Shown here piece after piece: positions 13,091 to 25,429 of a DNA stretch of 64,000 nucleotides. Position 1 is the first letter of the stretch; the number at the start of each line of letters is the position of its first letter. The DNA is from Malacoraja senta (Eukaryota), in the NCBI GenBank assembly GCA_038087875.1, contig CM075990.1, positions 17,982,001 to 18,046,000 on the forward strand, given 5' to 3'. The notes under the pieces were generated by a model. That model searched no databases and was not told where the DNA came from. It worked only from the letters and a program-made list of their open reading frames with translations. Position numbers and translations under genes: made by a program.

Positions 13091-13589
13091 CAGCTGACTG
13101 GTCTATCGTTCCCAGGCTTTTCTTTGCAACCCTTCTTAAATAAAGGCACAACATTAGCCACCGTCCAGTCACCCAGCACCTCACCTTTGTGTCTAACAAT
13201 AATTCATATATCTTAATCTAAGCTCCTGCAATTTCTTCTCTGGTTTTCCAGAGCGTCCTTGGATATACCTAATAGTCCCAATAAGTTTAGGATATATGTT
13301 TTAGGATATCCAACACATTGACTGTAATACAGACTTTCTTCAAAACATAGAACATATAAAATAGGTGCAGGAGTAGGCCATTCGGCCCTTCAAGCCAGCA
13401 CCACCTTTCAATACCCTGTTTCTGCTTTCTCCCCATATCCCTTGATTCCGTTAGCCCTAAGAGCTATATACAACTCTTTCTTGAATACATCACCATTAAC
13501 TCTCTCAGGTTCCTTAGTTTCCATGTCCTTCTCTGTTGTAAAAATGGAGAGGTATTTACGAGGACTTGTTCAAAAACCAGCTCCCTCGC

Positions 13590-13910
13590 CTCCATCCATT
13601 GACCCCAACCGTCCTTCCAGGTGACAGAGATTCACATGCACCTCCTCTAACCTTGTCTACTTCAACCAGTGTTCCCTATGTAAGTTCCTGTATATTGGTG
13701 AAACCAGTGTGACCCTTTCACTGCACACATGCGTTCGGTCCATTAAGGCCTGCTGGATCTCCCGGTTGCTAACTGACCTTTCTGTTCTGGGCCTCCTCCA
13801 TTGTCAGAACCCCCCCACCCCCCCCCCCTTCGCTCTCTCTCATCTCCAGTAAACCCATCTCCCCACCTCCCCTGAGCCCTGGCTGACCTTGCACCTATCT
13901 TTCCCCTACA
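13590..13910 (+). mobile_element. Penelope-like element fragment (GIY-YIG region), decayed
   Basis: Resembles 49810-50050 (ccttccaggtg...tatattggtgaaacc...ctgggcctcctccattgtcag). Confidence 0.6.
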
Positions 13911-13929
13911 CCTACATGGCCCTTAACAC

Positions 13930-14970
13930 ATTGATGTGCAGAGCAATCTTGTAGTCCAAGTTCATAGCTCACTAAAAGTGGCAACACAAGAGTTAGGATA
14001 GTAAAGAAACCATAGGGCATGCTTGTCTTCATTGCTAGGGACATTAAATATAAGAGTCAGGAAGTGATGATGCAGTTGTATAAGAATTTAGTTAGGCTGC
14101 ATTTGGAGTATTGAGTGCAGATCTGGTTGCCCGATTACAAGAAAGATGTGGATGCTTTGAAGAGGGTGCGGAGGAAACTTACTAGAATGCTGCCTGGGTT
14201 AGAGGGTTTCAGTAACCGGGAGAGGTTAGATGCACTTGGATTGTTTTCTCAGGAATGTCAGAGGTTGAGGGGAGACTTGATATAAGTATATAAAATAATG
14301 AGAGGTTTAGATTGGGTGGACAGTCAGAACCATTTTCTCAGGATGGAAATGCCCAACACTACAGGGCGTAACTAGTGCAAGGGGAAGGTTTAATGGAGAT
14401 ATGTGGGGCAAGTTTTTTTTTACACATGGGGTAGTGAGGGCCTGGAATGCATTGCCAGGTGTGTTGGTGGGAGCAGATATGATAGTGGCATTTAAGAAGC
14501 TTTTTTAGATAGGCATATGGAAATGAGGGATATAAATCACGAGCAGGCAGATTAGATCATTTCAGCTAGACATCATGTTCGGCACATGTTTGATGTGGAG
14601 AGGATGTTTCCATTGGTGGGAGAGTCTAGTACTAGAGGTAATAGCCTCAGAATTAAAGGATGTTTCTTTAGGAAGGAGTTGAGGAATCTCATTAGTCAGA
14701 GGGTGGTGAATCTGTGGAATTCTTTGGCACAGCAGTCTGTGGAGGCCAAGTCAATGGATGTTTTTCAGGCAGAGATAGATAAATTCTTGATTAGTGCGGG
14801 TGTCAGGGGTTATGGGGAGAAGGCAGGAGAATAGAGTGAGGAGGGACAGATAGATCTGCCATGATTCAATGGCATAGACTTGATGGGCTGAATGGCCTAA
14901 TTCTTCTCCTATCACTAATGACACACATTGTGGACCAAAGGGCCAGTTCCTGTGCTGTAATGTTCTATAT
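13930..14970 (+). mobile_element. Cluster of older CR1 3' fragments
   Basis: Degenerate LVRxHLEY, RGDLI and RVVNLWNSL motifs (ORF 14586..14834). Confidence 0.75.
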
Positions 14971-15383
14971 ACATTTATAAACAACTTTGTTATTCTGCTG
15001 GCTACACAATTCGCAGCTCTCTAATCCTTTTGTCTCACACCTCATGTGTGTTAATCGCTACCCTTTATCCAATCAACTGGCTTAAAAAAATCCCCTTGAC
15101 CGACAATACTTTATCCTTCCTCCCGCCCCTGCAATCAGTCTCAGGAAGGGATTTTACCCAAAACATCACCTAACCATGTTATGCAGGGATGTTGCCAGAC
15201 CCACTAAGTTACTCCAGCATTTTGTGTCTTTTCATGAGGAACTTTGCCCATCTCCTAAGGCTCCACAAATAGATGACCATTTTGGTTTCTGAGGGGGCTC
15301 ATTCTCTCTCTTTAGTTATTATTTTCCCTTTAATACTTACAAAATCTTCATAGGTTAATTAGTTCTATGAGCGGAATAAGGCC

Positions 15384-15745
15384 GTAAGGCAAGACGACAG
15401 ATGGTGCAAAGGGCTAAGTGTTCGGCTGGCAACCGGAAGGTAGCCGGTTCGAATCCCGCTTGGAGTGCATACTGTCGTTGTGTCCTTGGGCAAGACACTT
15501 CACCCACCTTTGCCTGCGTGTGAATGTGTGTGAATGTGTGTGAGTGATTGGTGGTGGTCGGAGGGGCCGTAGGCGCAGATTAGCAGCCACGCTTCCGTCA
15601 GTCTGCCCCAGGGCAGCTGTGGCTACAGAAGTAGCTTACCACCACCGAGTGTGACTGAGGAGTGAATGAATAATGCGATGTAAAGCGCCTTGGGTATTAG
15701 AAAGGCGCTATATAAATCCAATCCATTATTATTATTATTATTATT
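15384..15745 (+). mobile_element. tRNA-derived SINE with L2-type 3' tail and (ATT)n end
   Basis: A box TGGTGCAAAGGG 15402-15413; B box GGTTCGAATCC 15446-15456; gtgtccttgggcaagacact core; tail tgtaaagcgcc...aggcgctatataaat; inserted within a reversed CR1 tail. Confidence 0.85.
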
Positions 15746-15949
15746 TGGCCCATCAAGTCCACTCCGCCATTCATTCATGGCTGATCTAATAAACCTTTTG
15801 TATTTATTTCCAGCCTCATGAATGCATTGGATCTTGTTTTTCTGCCAATCTACTTTAATTCACCCAAGTACGAGTAGCAATCCTGCCTGCCAGAATCTTG
15901 GTCCCCCTCCACTTCAGGTGCAACCCATCCTTTGTACACATCATCTCTG

Positions 15950-16195
15950 CACACAGAGAGTGGTGAATCTCTGGAATTCTCTGCCACAGAAGGTAGTTGA
16001 GGCCAGTTCATTGGCTATATTTAAGAGGGAGTTGGATGTGGCCCTTGTGGCTAAAGGGATTAGGGGATATGGAGAGAGGCAGGTACGGGATACTGAGTTG
16101 GATGATCAGCCATGATCATATTGAATGGCGGTGCAGGCTCGAAGGGACGAATGGCCTACTCCTGCACCTATTTTCTATGTTTCTATGTTTCTATA
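15950..16195 (+). mobile_element. CR1 LINE short 3' fragment, young subfamily
   Basis: TQRVVNLWNSLPQKVVEA; (TTTCTATG)n tail. Confidence 0.9.
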
Positions 16196-16569
16196 TGACA
16201 TTCCTGAAAGTATGTTGATGTATTCAGATATAGACTGTTACTCTAAATCCTTTGTTAGAATTCAAGTTTAACATAAAGGAAGGCTTCTTGGATAAAATAC
16301 TGTATTACTTGCAATCTTTAAATGGAACATTAAGCATCTTTTTAGAAATCCAAGATGCATAAAAAGGACTGCCCACTGAACATCTCCTCTGGATTGAACT
16401 TCTAGAATTAGAAATGCCTCAGAGTGCCCTCTTTCTTCCTAAAGCTGAGATCTAATCAGTTCCTCTCAATGAACACTCTTTTCTGGCTGGATAATAAACA
16501 TTGCTTTGTGAGTCAGTAATGGTATCTGACAATTTTTTTTTTTAAAGAGGTAATGAAGCAGTTTGACAA

Positions 16570-16712
16570 GGACTCCACTGCCCACGTTGCACCAAGGTGT
16601 GTGGATCGCAGATCAACCTCTACAGACAACTGCAAACCGACAAGTAGACGACCCCATGGAGAGGAGAGGACAGTCATACTCGTTTCGAGTGACTGCTGAT
16701 GATGTTGATGTT
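16570..16712 (+). mobile_element. RTE-clade LINE 3' fragment
   Basis: Translates HCPRCTKVCGSQINLY (RTE-type C-terminal zinc finger-like); 3' hairpin cagtcatactcg...cgagtgactg followed by (GAT)n. Confidence 0.5.
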
Positions 16713-16869
16713 GTTTACATAGAACCAAGTAAGCTTGTTGATGAAGGTTCCATATAATAGTGGTCTGGCTAGCTCTCCCTGGTAACGTTCACTTGGGTGG
16801 AGGGAGTTAGAAAGTGTTTGTGGAGGGTTGATTTTGAAGTCATGTCAAGTTTATTACAACACCAAGTGC

Positions 16870-17285
16870 CGAAGTCAAGAGTGTTTTACTGTCATATGTT
16901 CCAGATAGAACAATGAAATTCTTACTTGCTGCAGCACAATAGAATATGTCAACATAGTACACTGTAAACAATATGATAAACGAGAGAAAAAGAAGTTCAA
17001 TGTACACACACACACATATATATACACATACACACATACTCAAAAAACAAATAGTAGTGCAATAATAATAATGCAACTATTGTAGTTCAGAGCTTATTTG
17101 AGGTTGTAGTGTTCTCCTTCGCTCCATAGATGCTGCTGCACCCGCTGAGTTTCTCCAGCATTTTTGTGTACCTTCGATTTTCCAACATCTGCAGTTCCTT
17201 CTTAAACAAAGTGTTTAATAGCCTGATGGCTGTAGGGAAGAAGCTGCTCCTGAGACCCGGACATTGCAGTTTTCAGGCTCCTGTA
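16870..17285 (-). mobile_element. Rex1/Babar 3' end fragment with an inserted Penelope-type terminal repeat
   Basis: Reverse complement of the 12560-13090 tail (gtcaagagtgttttactgtcatatg...; cctgatggctgtagggaagaagctg). Confidence 0.65.
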
Positions 17286-17904
17286 CAGTAACTCAGCAGA
17301 TCTGGCAGCATTTCTGAAGAACATGGATAGATGATGTTTTAGTTCAGGAGCCTTTTTCAGACTGATTGACGGGTTGGTGGGGGAAGAATTGGGAAGGGCA
17401 GGACAAAGCACGGCAAATAATAGTAAGATTAAACGAGAACTTACCTAAGTTTGAAGTTTGATCTTTATTTTATGAGGAGTTACGTAGGTGATTACGTGAA
17501 GAACCCCGCCAGTGCGCCTGCGCGTCAATCTTCAAAGCAGCGGTGTGAAATCACAAAAAACAACAACCGAAGTAATATAGTCTCATAATAAAACGAGTAA
17601 TACAAGAACTTCCATCTGACCTTTATGATAGAGGGTAGGGTCGTGGCGGGCACGTAATCACCTACGTAACTCCTCATAAAATAAAGATCAATCTTACTAT
17701 TTTACTTTGGAGTCACGTGAGTGACTACGTGAAGATTTTAAAGCTTTGTGATTTCATGCCGTGGATCAATCCCGGCTTCTCACTGCATTGATTGACTCGG
17801 AACGAGAAATAATCAATCATGCATTCATAATAACATTTGTACCACAAATGCAGTAATTCATTTCAATAATGAAATTAATCAGATCCCCTTTAAACCAGAG
17901 GAAT

Positions 17905-18750
17905 TTACACAGAACTTAAAATAGTTTCTGCAAACAATCCCGCATTAACAATAGGCCGATGGTAAAAATTGGACCACCCGGCGGCTGCGAGGATATGGTC
18001 GACGGGGACGTCTTTTGCCCTGTCCGCCGACGTTTCTGCTGCCCTAGTCGAGTGAGACGTAAAAACATAAGTGTTAATACCAGCAGCTGTTAAGACTTCT
18101 TTTATCCATCTGGAAATAGTCTGTATTGAAACTCTCTTGTGTGGTTTCTTGTGTGTGATCAACAACCCAGTTTCCGTATTTCTCAAATTCTTTGTGACCT
18201 CAATGTATTGTAACAAATATGTCTTAATACAGAGACAAGGATCATTTGGATATACTGCTAGTATAATTTTAAATCCTGTCACACCTGGCCTAATTTGCTT
18301 TAGTAGGTCATAGATATAGAATGTAACCTTTTCTTCAGTTACTTCCATACTGTCTATTTGTAATTTTCCAAGTGTTTGCACTCGTTGTGCTGTCACTCAT
18401 GCCATAAGCATTAATACTTTCATACAGAGCTTGGCCAAAGGTAAAGACACACTTGATGACCATTCACGAAGTAGTTTTAGTACCACACTTACATCCCAGA
18501 TTGTCATGTACCTAGGTTTCGGTGGTTTGGAATTAAAGATTCCTTTCATTAGTCTGGAAACAATTGGGTGTGACCCAATTGGCTTTCTTTCTGACTCCAG
18601 AACCAAATATGAGGACAATGCACTTCTGGCTGAATTAATTGCACTACAACTCAGACCTTCATCATAATAAAGTTTTGACAGAAATTCTAAACATTTGAAA
18701 TATCTGCAGTAGTTTATTGCACATTCTTTTGTACACAGAACTCTTCCCAT
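17905..18750 (-). pseudogene. DIRS tyrosine recombinase (frameshifted)
   Basis: AINSARSALS (SAM-like/N-terminal region); TAQRVQTL (catalytic R); SHSTRAA (HxxR); AAGWS..FYHRPI. Confidence 0.85.
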
Positions 18751-18901
18751 TTCTTAATATAAGACAGGTACTGTTTTTGAGTGCTCTTCCTCCAGGCTGC
18801 CCTAAGCATGTCCACAGTACGCTCAGACAGTCCTCGTCCCAGAAAAGGCATTCTTAAAACCTGCAAATCAACAAATCCAAACAATCATATAATGGATGTT
18901 G

Positions 18902-20650
18902 TTACCCTGTTACAGGGTGCAGCAATAAATTACTCCTTTTTGGGACTTTCATCAACATTTGTGTTGTTAATTCTAATATCAACGGATACCATGGCTGTGT
19001 AGGCCAATCTGGTACCACCAATACCCTTGAAGCAGCATCTTGCCTGATTTTAAGCAAACATTGGCTTATGAGGAAGAAAGGTGGAAATATATATGAAAAC
19101 ATACCACCCCAATGTAGCGAGAAAGCATCAATCGCCACTGCTCCTGGATCTGGTTTCCATGAGACATATCTCGATAGCTGATGATTCAAGTCGATGTCGG
19201 GCATTCCAAATCTGATTACTATATCATTGAATACCTCTTGATTCAACATCCATTCTTTATTATCATGGAACTTTCGTGACCTGGTGTCTGCTATCGTTTT
19301 CATTCTACCTGGTAGATAGATAGCTGAAATCCAAATGTTCTTTTCAATACACCAAGACCAAAGTTGATTTAACCATTTTGTCACATGACACCGACTTAAT
19401 TCCACCCATATCATTAATATAGGCAACTGCTGTTGTGTTTATTAATTTTAACTTGAACCTTCCTTTTAGTTGTGTTAGAACCATAAGCTTGGAGTCCATA
19501 GAAACCTCCTAAAAGCTCCAAATAGGTAATTCCCCATGTCTGCAGTAACAATAACTCTTCCTGATTCCATCTGCCTCCGCAGCTAGATGTTAAGTCAGTT
19601 GCACCCCATCCTAGTGCACTGGCATCAGTTTGTAATATCATGGAAGGTTGTTCAATCAGCACTTTGCCTGAACTGCTTGAGCCATGTAGAATCCACCACT
19701 GCAGATTAGAAACAGCATTTGTTGTTACTTGCATGGTTCTATCAAAATGACCAGCATTTATTCTCAGTGCCTGTTCTTTGATTCTCTGCAGCTGTTGATA
19801 ATGTAATGGTCCATACTGGACTGCTGGGAATCTACTAATTTTCCCAGTACTCGAGCCACCTGTCTGATTAGAGGTTTTTGCTCGTTTAACAGATTACTGC
19901 AATCTTTAATCAACTCCACCCTTTTTTCACTGGGCAAAGTAATTTGCATTTGGGCTGAATCAATTGTGAACCCCAAATAATCAATTGAGGTACATGTTTT
20001 TAACCTTGATTTCTTTGGATGAATTTAGAAACCCCCAAACTTTCAAAAGTTTGATTTCATAACTGCAACTGATGCTTCTGTTGACTGTTTTGTCCTTCCT
20101 ATAATCAGGACATCCTCCAGGTATGCCATTAGTACATGCCCCTGGCTCTCAGCAACCCCAGAATTGATTTTAACAATTTTATGAATATTCTGGGAGCGAA
20201 CGTTAACCCATTAGGCAGAGCTTTGAACTGCCCTAATTGGTTCATCCATTTAAATTTAAGATACTTCATATCTTGCAAGTGAACAGACACTGAACAAAAG
20301 GATTCAGACTTGTCAAGTCTATAATCATCCTACATCCTCCATCCTTTTTTGATCGAGGGAATATATTTGACCCAAATTGGTGAATTTGGTGGACTGATTC
20401 TTCAAAAACACCTTTTATATATAGGGTTTTGAAACGCAGCTTGAACCTCCATTACTTCGCAAAGTGGAGAGTTCTGCTAGGAACATGCTGGACAGGCAAA
20501 TCATAATTTGGATTGAATTCAATTCGAAATCCTTGTATATTATTCAGAATTACCACATCTGAAGTAATCTTCTTCCAATGTTTATAGAAGAGACGTAATC
20601 TGCCTCCAACCTTTGGACTTAATCCAGTTCCCATGAGAACCAGGTCCACC
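18902..20650 (-). pseudogene. DIRS pol: reverse transcriptase, RNase H and Dam-like methyltransferase domain (fragmented)
   Basis: VGGRLRLFYKHW; GHVLMAYLED at 20112-20141 (YLDD changed to YLED); ILQTDASALGWGA and ITYLELL (RNase H); AIDAFSLHW...YIFPPF...LVVPDWPTQPWYP (MT). Confidence 0.82.
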
Positions 20651-21799
20651 TACCTCTTGAGTCATTTGAGTATTCTGAGATCCCTGGATTCTCCCGGAAG
20701 CACCACCACTGGTTCTTACTCCCGCTGCAGGCCGCCAGCTACGTCCCTGCGTTGATGAGCGACTTGGTCTTGGTCTAAGATCCGTATGACGTCTGAAAGG
20801 ATACTTCCTCTTTACAGACTTTGTAACCATTGATGTTTTTATCAATCCTGTTTTCGCTTCATCTTCCAACTCTTTAATACGTCTCCCGAGATCCTCTCCA
20901 AAGAGTAAGTTGGGTAATTGTATATTACTTGGTTTGCAGAGTGCTGCGAATTTCGGTTTCATAGTAGGCCGTATAGCACCTTCCTCAGATAATTGATCTC
21001 GAAGTGGGTGCTGCATAGCAACCCCAGTGCTTCCTGATGCAACTTCGTCATCTCTTGGCTGTTATCTGCTATTCTGGTAAAAGCAGTTATTCTAGAACCC
21101 AGCAGCTTTAATATTCTCTGCAACTGATTCCAGATAATTTGGTTTACTGCTTCTGCTTTCAGCAACCCACAGTTACTTGGGGTCTCCTGCTTTCTTGCAG
21201 TCTCATCCATCTCCTGCTGTTCCAGCTGATGGTAAACCAAGTAATTTATTAAGGAGGCCAGTTCTTCTCCTAATGGCTCTCCTGACCCTGACGGGGCAGC
21301 GAATCCTACTGCCAGGGGTGGAACATCTGGCAGCTGCCGTTCATCGCCTTGTACAGCCTCACCGTCAGAGTCGGGGTCTGAAATCTCATGACCCGTAGCA
21401 CGCTCCTCATCGCTGAGGGTGCATTCCATCAGCCCTGAGCCAGGTGCTGTTAAGCTGCTTCCAGCAGTTCCAACAGCCTATGTAAAAGGCTTTCTATTTG
21501 GGCAATACGCTCGAAAGCAGTATCTAGCCCTGGAGCTACTTCCATTGCCTGGGACTCCCTCCGTGGGCCGTTGGGATTTAAACTTCGTCTTTTGCCCGAC
21601 AGGCGCTGACTGTGTTTTCACCAGCCCCAGGTCCACAGTCGCTATGCTCACCGCTGGCGACTGTACCGGGGTTTAGAGGCGGTTGGTCTCTAACCGCGGA
21701 CTCCCGACTTTCCCGACTTTCTGTCGGCTGTGTCGCTCGCCTCTTCCCCCTGTCCGTTTTTTCCCATGGCGTCTGTGGAAAAAATCCCCATGGACCCAC
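20582..21799 (-). pseudogene. DIRS ORF1 (gag-like), fragmented
   Basis: ORFs 20582..21016 (LLFGEDL), 20959..21429 and 21578..21799 lie 5' of pol inside the ITRs. Confidence 0.6.
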
Positions 21800-22164
21800 A
21801 GTAAACGGACCTGGAAAACATGAAAAAAGTTTTTACTTACCTTGTAGTTGAAAAACTACAAACCACTGGAGGAGCTCTGCTGCTCACGTCCATTTGCGTC
21901 AAGGCGTCTGACGTAATGACGCGCAGGCGCACTGGCGGGGTTCTTCACGTAGTCACTCACGTGACTCCGAAGTAAAATAGGTAGATACTATTGATGGTGG
22001 GTTTTGATGGGCAGAACCACAACCCTAATGCATGATTAATCATATGCCTGTCAAATGGCCCTCCTCGCTTGTTTCTACCTATCTCTGACCAGGCTTTGTC
22101 TCCCCCCCCCCCCAACAGTCTGAAGAAGTCATCTCAAAACATCAAGGGGGGGGGGAGGGGGTTC

Positions 22165-23455
22165 AAAGGGTGTTTTATTGACGTTTACCATTAATGTAGT
22201 CACAATGATATTCGATTTACCATACAGCCATACTAAAAAAAGCAACAAGACACACAACTACATAAAAGTTAACATAAACATCCACCACAGTGGATTCCCC
22301 ACAATCCTCATTGTGATGAAAGGCAATAAAGTCTGATCTTCTTTCCTCTTTATTCTCCCGCGGACGGGGCAGTCAAACCATCCGCAGTAGGGGCAATCGA
22401 AGCTCCCGCATCCAGCGATCGAAGCTCCTGCGATCGGGTGGTCGAAGCTCCTGCAGTCTGGAGCTCCCGAAGTCGGTTTCTAACCAGGGACCGAGACCTC
22501 CACGATGTTCAAGTCCGCAGGCTCTGCGGTTAGAGTTCCGAGGTCAGTCCCCAACAGAAACCATCAGCTCCATGATGTTAACATAGAAACATAGAAAATA
22601 GGTGCAGGAGGAGGCCATTCGGCCCTTCAAGCCTTCACCGCCATTCAATATGATCATGGCTGATCATCCAACTCAGTATCCTGTACCTGCCTTCTCTCCA
22701 TGTCCCCTAATCCCTTTAGCCACAAGGGCCACATCTAACTCCCTCTTAAATATAGCCAATGAACTGGCCTCAACTACCTTCTGTGGCAGAGAATTCCAGA
22801 GATTCACCACTCTCTGTGTGAAAAATGTTTTTCTCATCTTGGTCCCAAAGGATTTCCCCCTAATCCTTAAACTGTGACCCCTTGTTCTGGACTTCCCCAA
22901 CATCGGGAACAATCTTCCTGCATCTAGCCTGTCCAACCCCTTAAGAATTTTGTAAGTTTCTATAAGATCCCCCCTCAATCTTCTAAATTCTAGCGAGTAC
23001 AAGCCGAGTCTATCCAGTCTTTCTTCATATGAAAGTCCTGACATCCCAGGAATCAGTCTGGTGAACCTTCTCTGTACTCACTCTATGGCAAGAATGTCTT
23101 TCCTGAGATTTGGAGACCAAAACTGTACGCAATACTCCAGGTGTGGTCTCACCAAGACCCTGTACAACTGCAGTAGAACCTCCCTGCTCCTATACTCAAA
23201 TCCTTTTGCTATGAATGCTAACATACCATTCGCTTTAAAGTCCGCAGGCTCCCGTGGTTGGAGCTCCTGGTTGGTCCCCAGCAGAAGCGGCCAGCTCCAT
23301 AATGCTCGGCCGTAGTGCGGACGGAGATATGATACAGAAAAAAATTGCATCTCCATCGAGGGAAGAGATTTAAAATTAACACATACTAAAAAACAAAGAA
23401 GAAAAGGACGAGACAGACTATTGGCGAGGCTGCCATTGTGGCGCCACCCGGTGGA
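22165..23455 (-). mobile_element. Probable non-autonomous retroelement with internal cgaagctcc(c/t)g tandem units, split by a CR1 insertion
   Basis: GC-rich, non-coding, with repeated cgaagctcc units; aagtccgcaggctc occurs on both sides of the CR1; family not identified. Confidence 0.4.
22580..23235 (-). mobile_element. CR1 LINE 5'-truncated copy, young subfamily
   Basis: ORF 22673..23044; (CATAGAAA)n tail. Confidence 0.92.
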
Positions 23456-25429
23456 ATATATGGAATCACCAATCCTTGTTCTCAGTGATACTGACTGACG
23501 CGCTGAGTTACTCCAACACGTTCCTTGTTTCTCAAGTTTATTACAGTACAGTAAGGTACGTTGCAATGTAAGTTTTGCTTGCAGCAGCATCATAGGCAAA
23601 GACTTAAATTACATATATTACACAAATTCAACAAGATGTTGCCAAATAAAAGACGATGCAAAATAAAAAGACTTTTGTGCAAAAATACACAACTAAAAAA
23701 TATCCATGGTGGTGCAAGAGGTAGTACATAATGTTCCGTTGCCGAGATAGGATTAGGGTTGTGGATTGGATGCATGTGAGTAATGGTGTACCGCTGGTGG
23801 GTCCACTGTTGTTCATTATTTATATTCATGATTTGGATGAAGGGGCCAGACCTGAAATGTTGTGTCCATTTCTCTCCACAGATGCTGCCTAACCTTGAGT
23901 TCCTCTAGCTGCCTAGTTTTTGTAAATGGCAATATCAATCCTGGTTCAAATAGGAATAAAGAAAATATAATGGTAAGCTTCACCTGTGGTCTCTTCTTAC
24001 CAGCAGTTTCCAAGTCCAAATGTGGAGGATCATCTTGCTGACTCAGAATATTCATGACCCCACCAGTGTGGTCCAAGTGGCAGCAGTGGCTTTGGTGACT
24101 ACAAAATGGTGAATGTATGGCGAATCTGTGGAATTCTGTGCCACAGAAGGCTGTGGAGGCCAAGTCAGTGTATATTTTTAAGACATAGATAGATACATTT
24201 TGATTAGTGCAGGTGTCAAAGATTATGGGGAGAAGGCAGGAAATTGGGGTTAGGAGGAGAGATAAATCAGCCATGATTGAATGGCAGAGTAGACTTGATG
24301 GGCCGAATAGCCTAATTCTACTCCTATTCCTTATGAAAATGACTAATTCCCAAAATACCCCTGATAAGTACTTCAAGGCTACATGGTAGAAGCATTAAAG
24401 AACATCAAACAATAAATCCAGCAACTGGTGACCACAGGGAGAATCCCTTTGAAGTAACATGATAAATATACAGTGGAAGTCAACAAATACAATATTAGGT
24501 GCACAAAAATGCTGGAGAAACTCAGCGGGTGCAGCAGCATCTATGGAGCGAAGGAAATAGGCAACGTTTTGGTATAACCACCAAATGCTGTTCAAAAAAT
24601 TATTTACCCATTCATTTTCCTTAGAAAGTATTTAACTGAAACATTTAGAAAGCTTTTTAAGATACAAAACTGTATTTAATTTCATTAATGGTTACTTTGA
24701 GTTACCAAAGTTGGATAAATTGACAACTTATGGAGAAAGGTAGTCTTTGGGAACATTCCAATCCAAATGCTATTTACATATTTGATATGATGTCCAAATT
24801 TTACTGAAGGTTCAGATATTCTTATTTTGTGTATTAACTGTATCTTATAACCTAAATAAAAGTCAGGAAAATGCATCTATAGACAAGAGCTACACGTATA
24901 ATTTTAGAGACATTTGCGAATTCTCCAAAGGACAATGAAAACTCAAAATGACTAGAATTAAAATAATTCTGCACAAGGACATGTCTGACGGAAACTATTT
25001 TAGTTAGATAAATATTGGCCGTAGTGGCAATGCAAGTACACTGTATAAGTATGGACCCCATTGTTCTAGAGTGAAAGACTCATTTATTCAGACTTTGTTG
25101 AATAGGCATTCCCTATAAATGACTGAAGATGTTATAAATCTTTCAAATAGATATGACTGGTTTAGGGATTCCCAAGGAGATCTGATCATAGCATAAAGGG
25201 GCAAAGTTTAAAGGAGATGTTTAAAGGGCATTTTTTTGTTTATTTACACAAATGGTGGGTGCCTGAAACACGCTGAGGTGGTGAAGCCCAAGTTGTGAAC
25301 CATGATTCATCCCACCTGTCGCAAAATCAGTAAATGCAGCAATTCAGAACAAGTTGTTGCAACAGAAGTTAGTTTGTTCTGCATTGCCATTATTAAACGA
25401 ACACACAGTTGAGATCTGAATTTGCTTTC

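Larger units (their letters stand above)
17421..21980 (-). mobile_element. DIRS1-type tyrosine-recombinase retrotransposon, full length, decayed
   Basis: ITR 17494-17527 is the reverse complement of 21917-21950; ICR at 17651-17735 is complementary to both ends; gag-like, RT, RNase H, methyltransferase-like and YR fragments occur in DIRS order. Confidence 0.92.

Noticed and set aside
15393..15465. tRNA gene
   Set aside because: A and B boxes are present but there is no convincing cloverleaf, and the sequence continues into a SINE body and LINE-type tail.
18902..19426. Bacterial or phage methylase-plus-integrase module, or contamination
   Set aside because: Both domains are normal parts of DIRS1-type retroelements and lie inside its ITRs with RT and RNase H.
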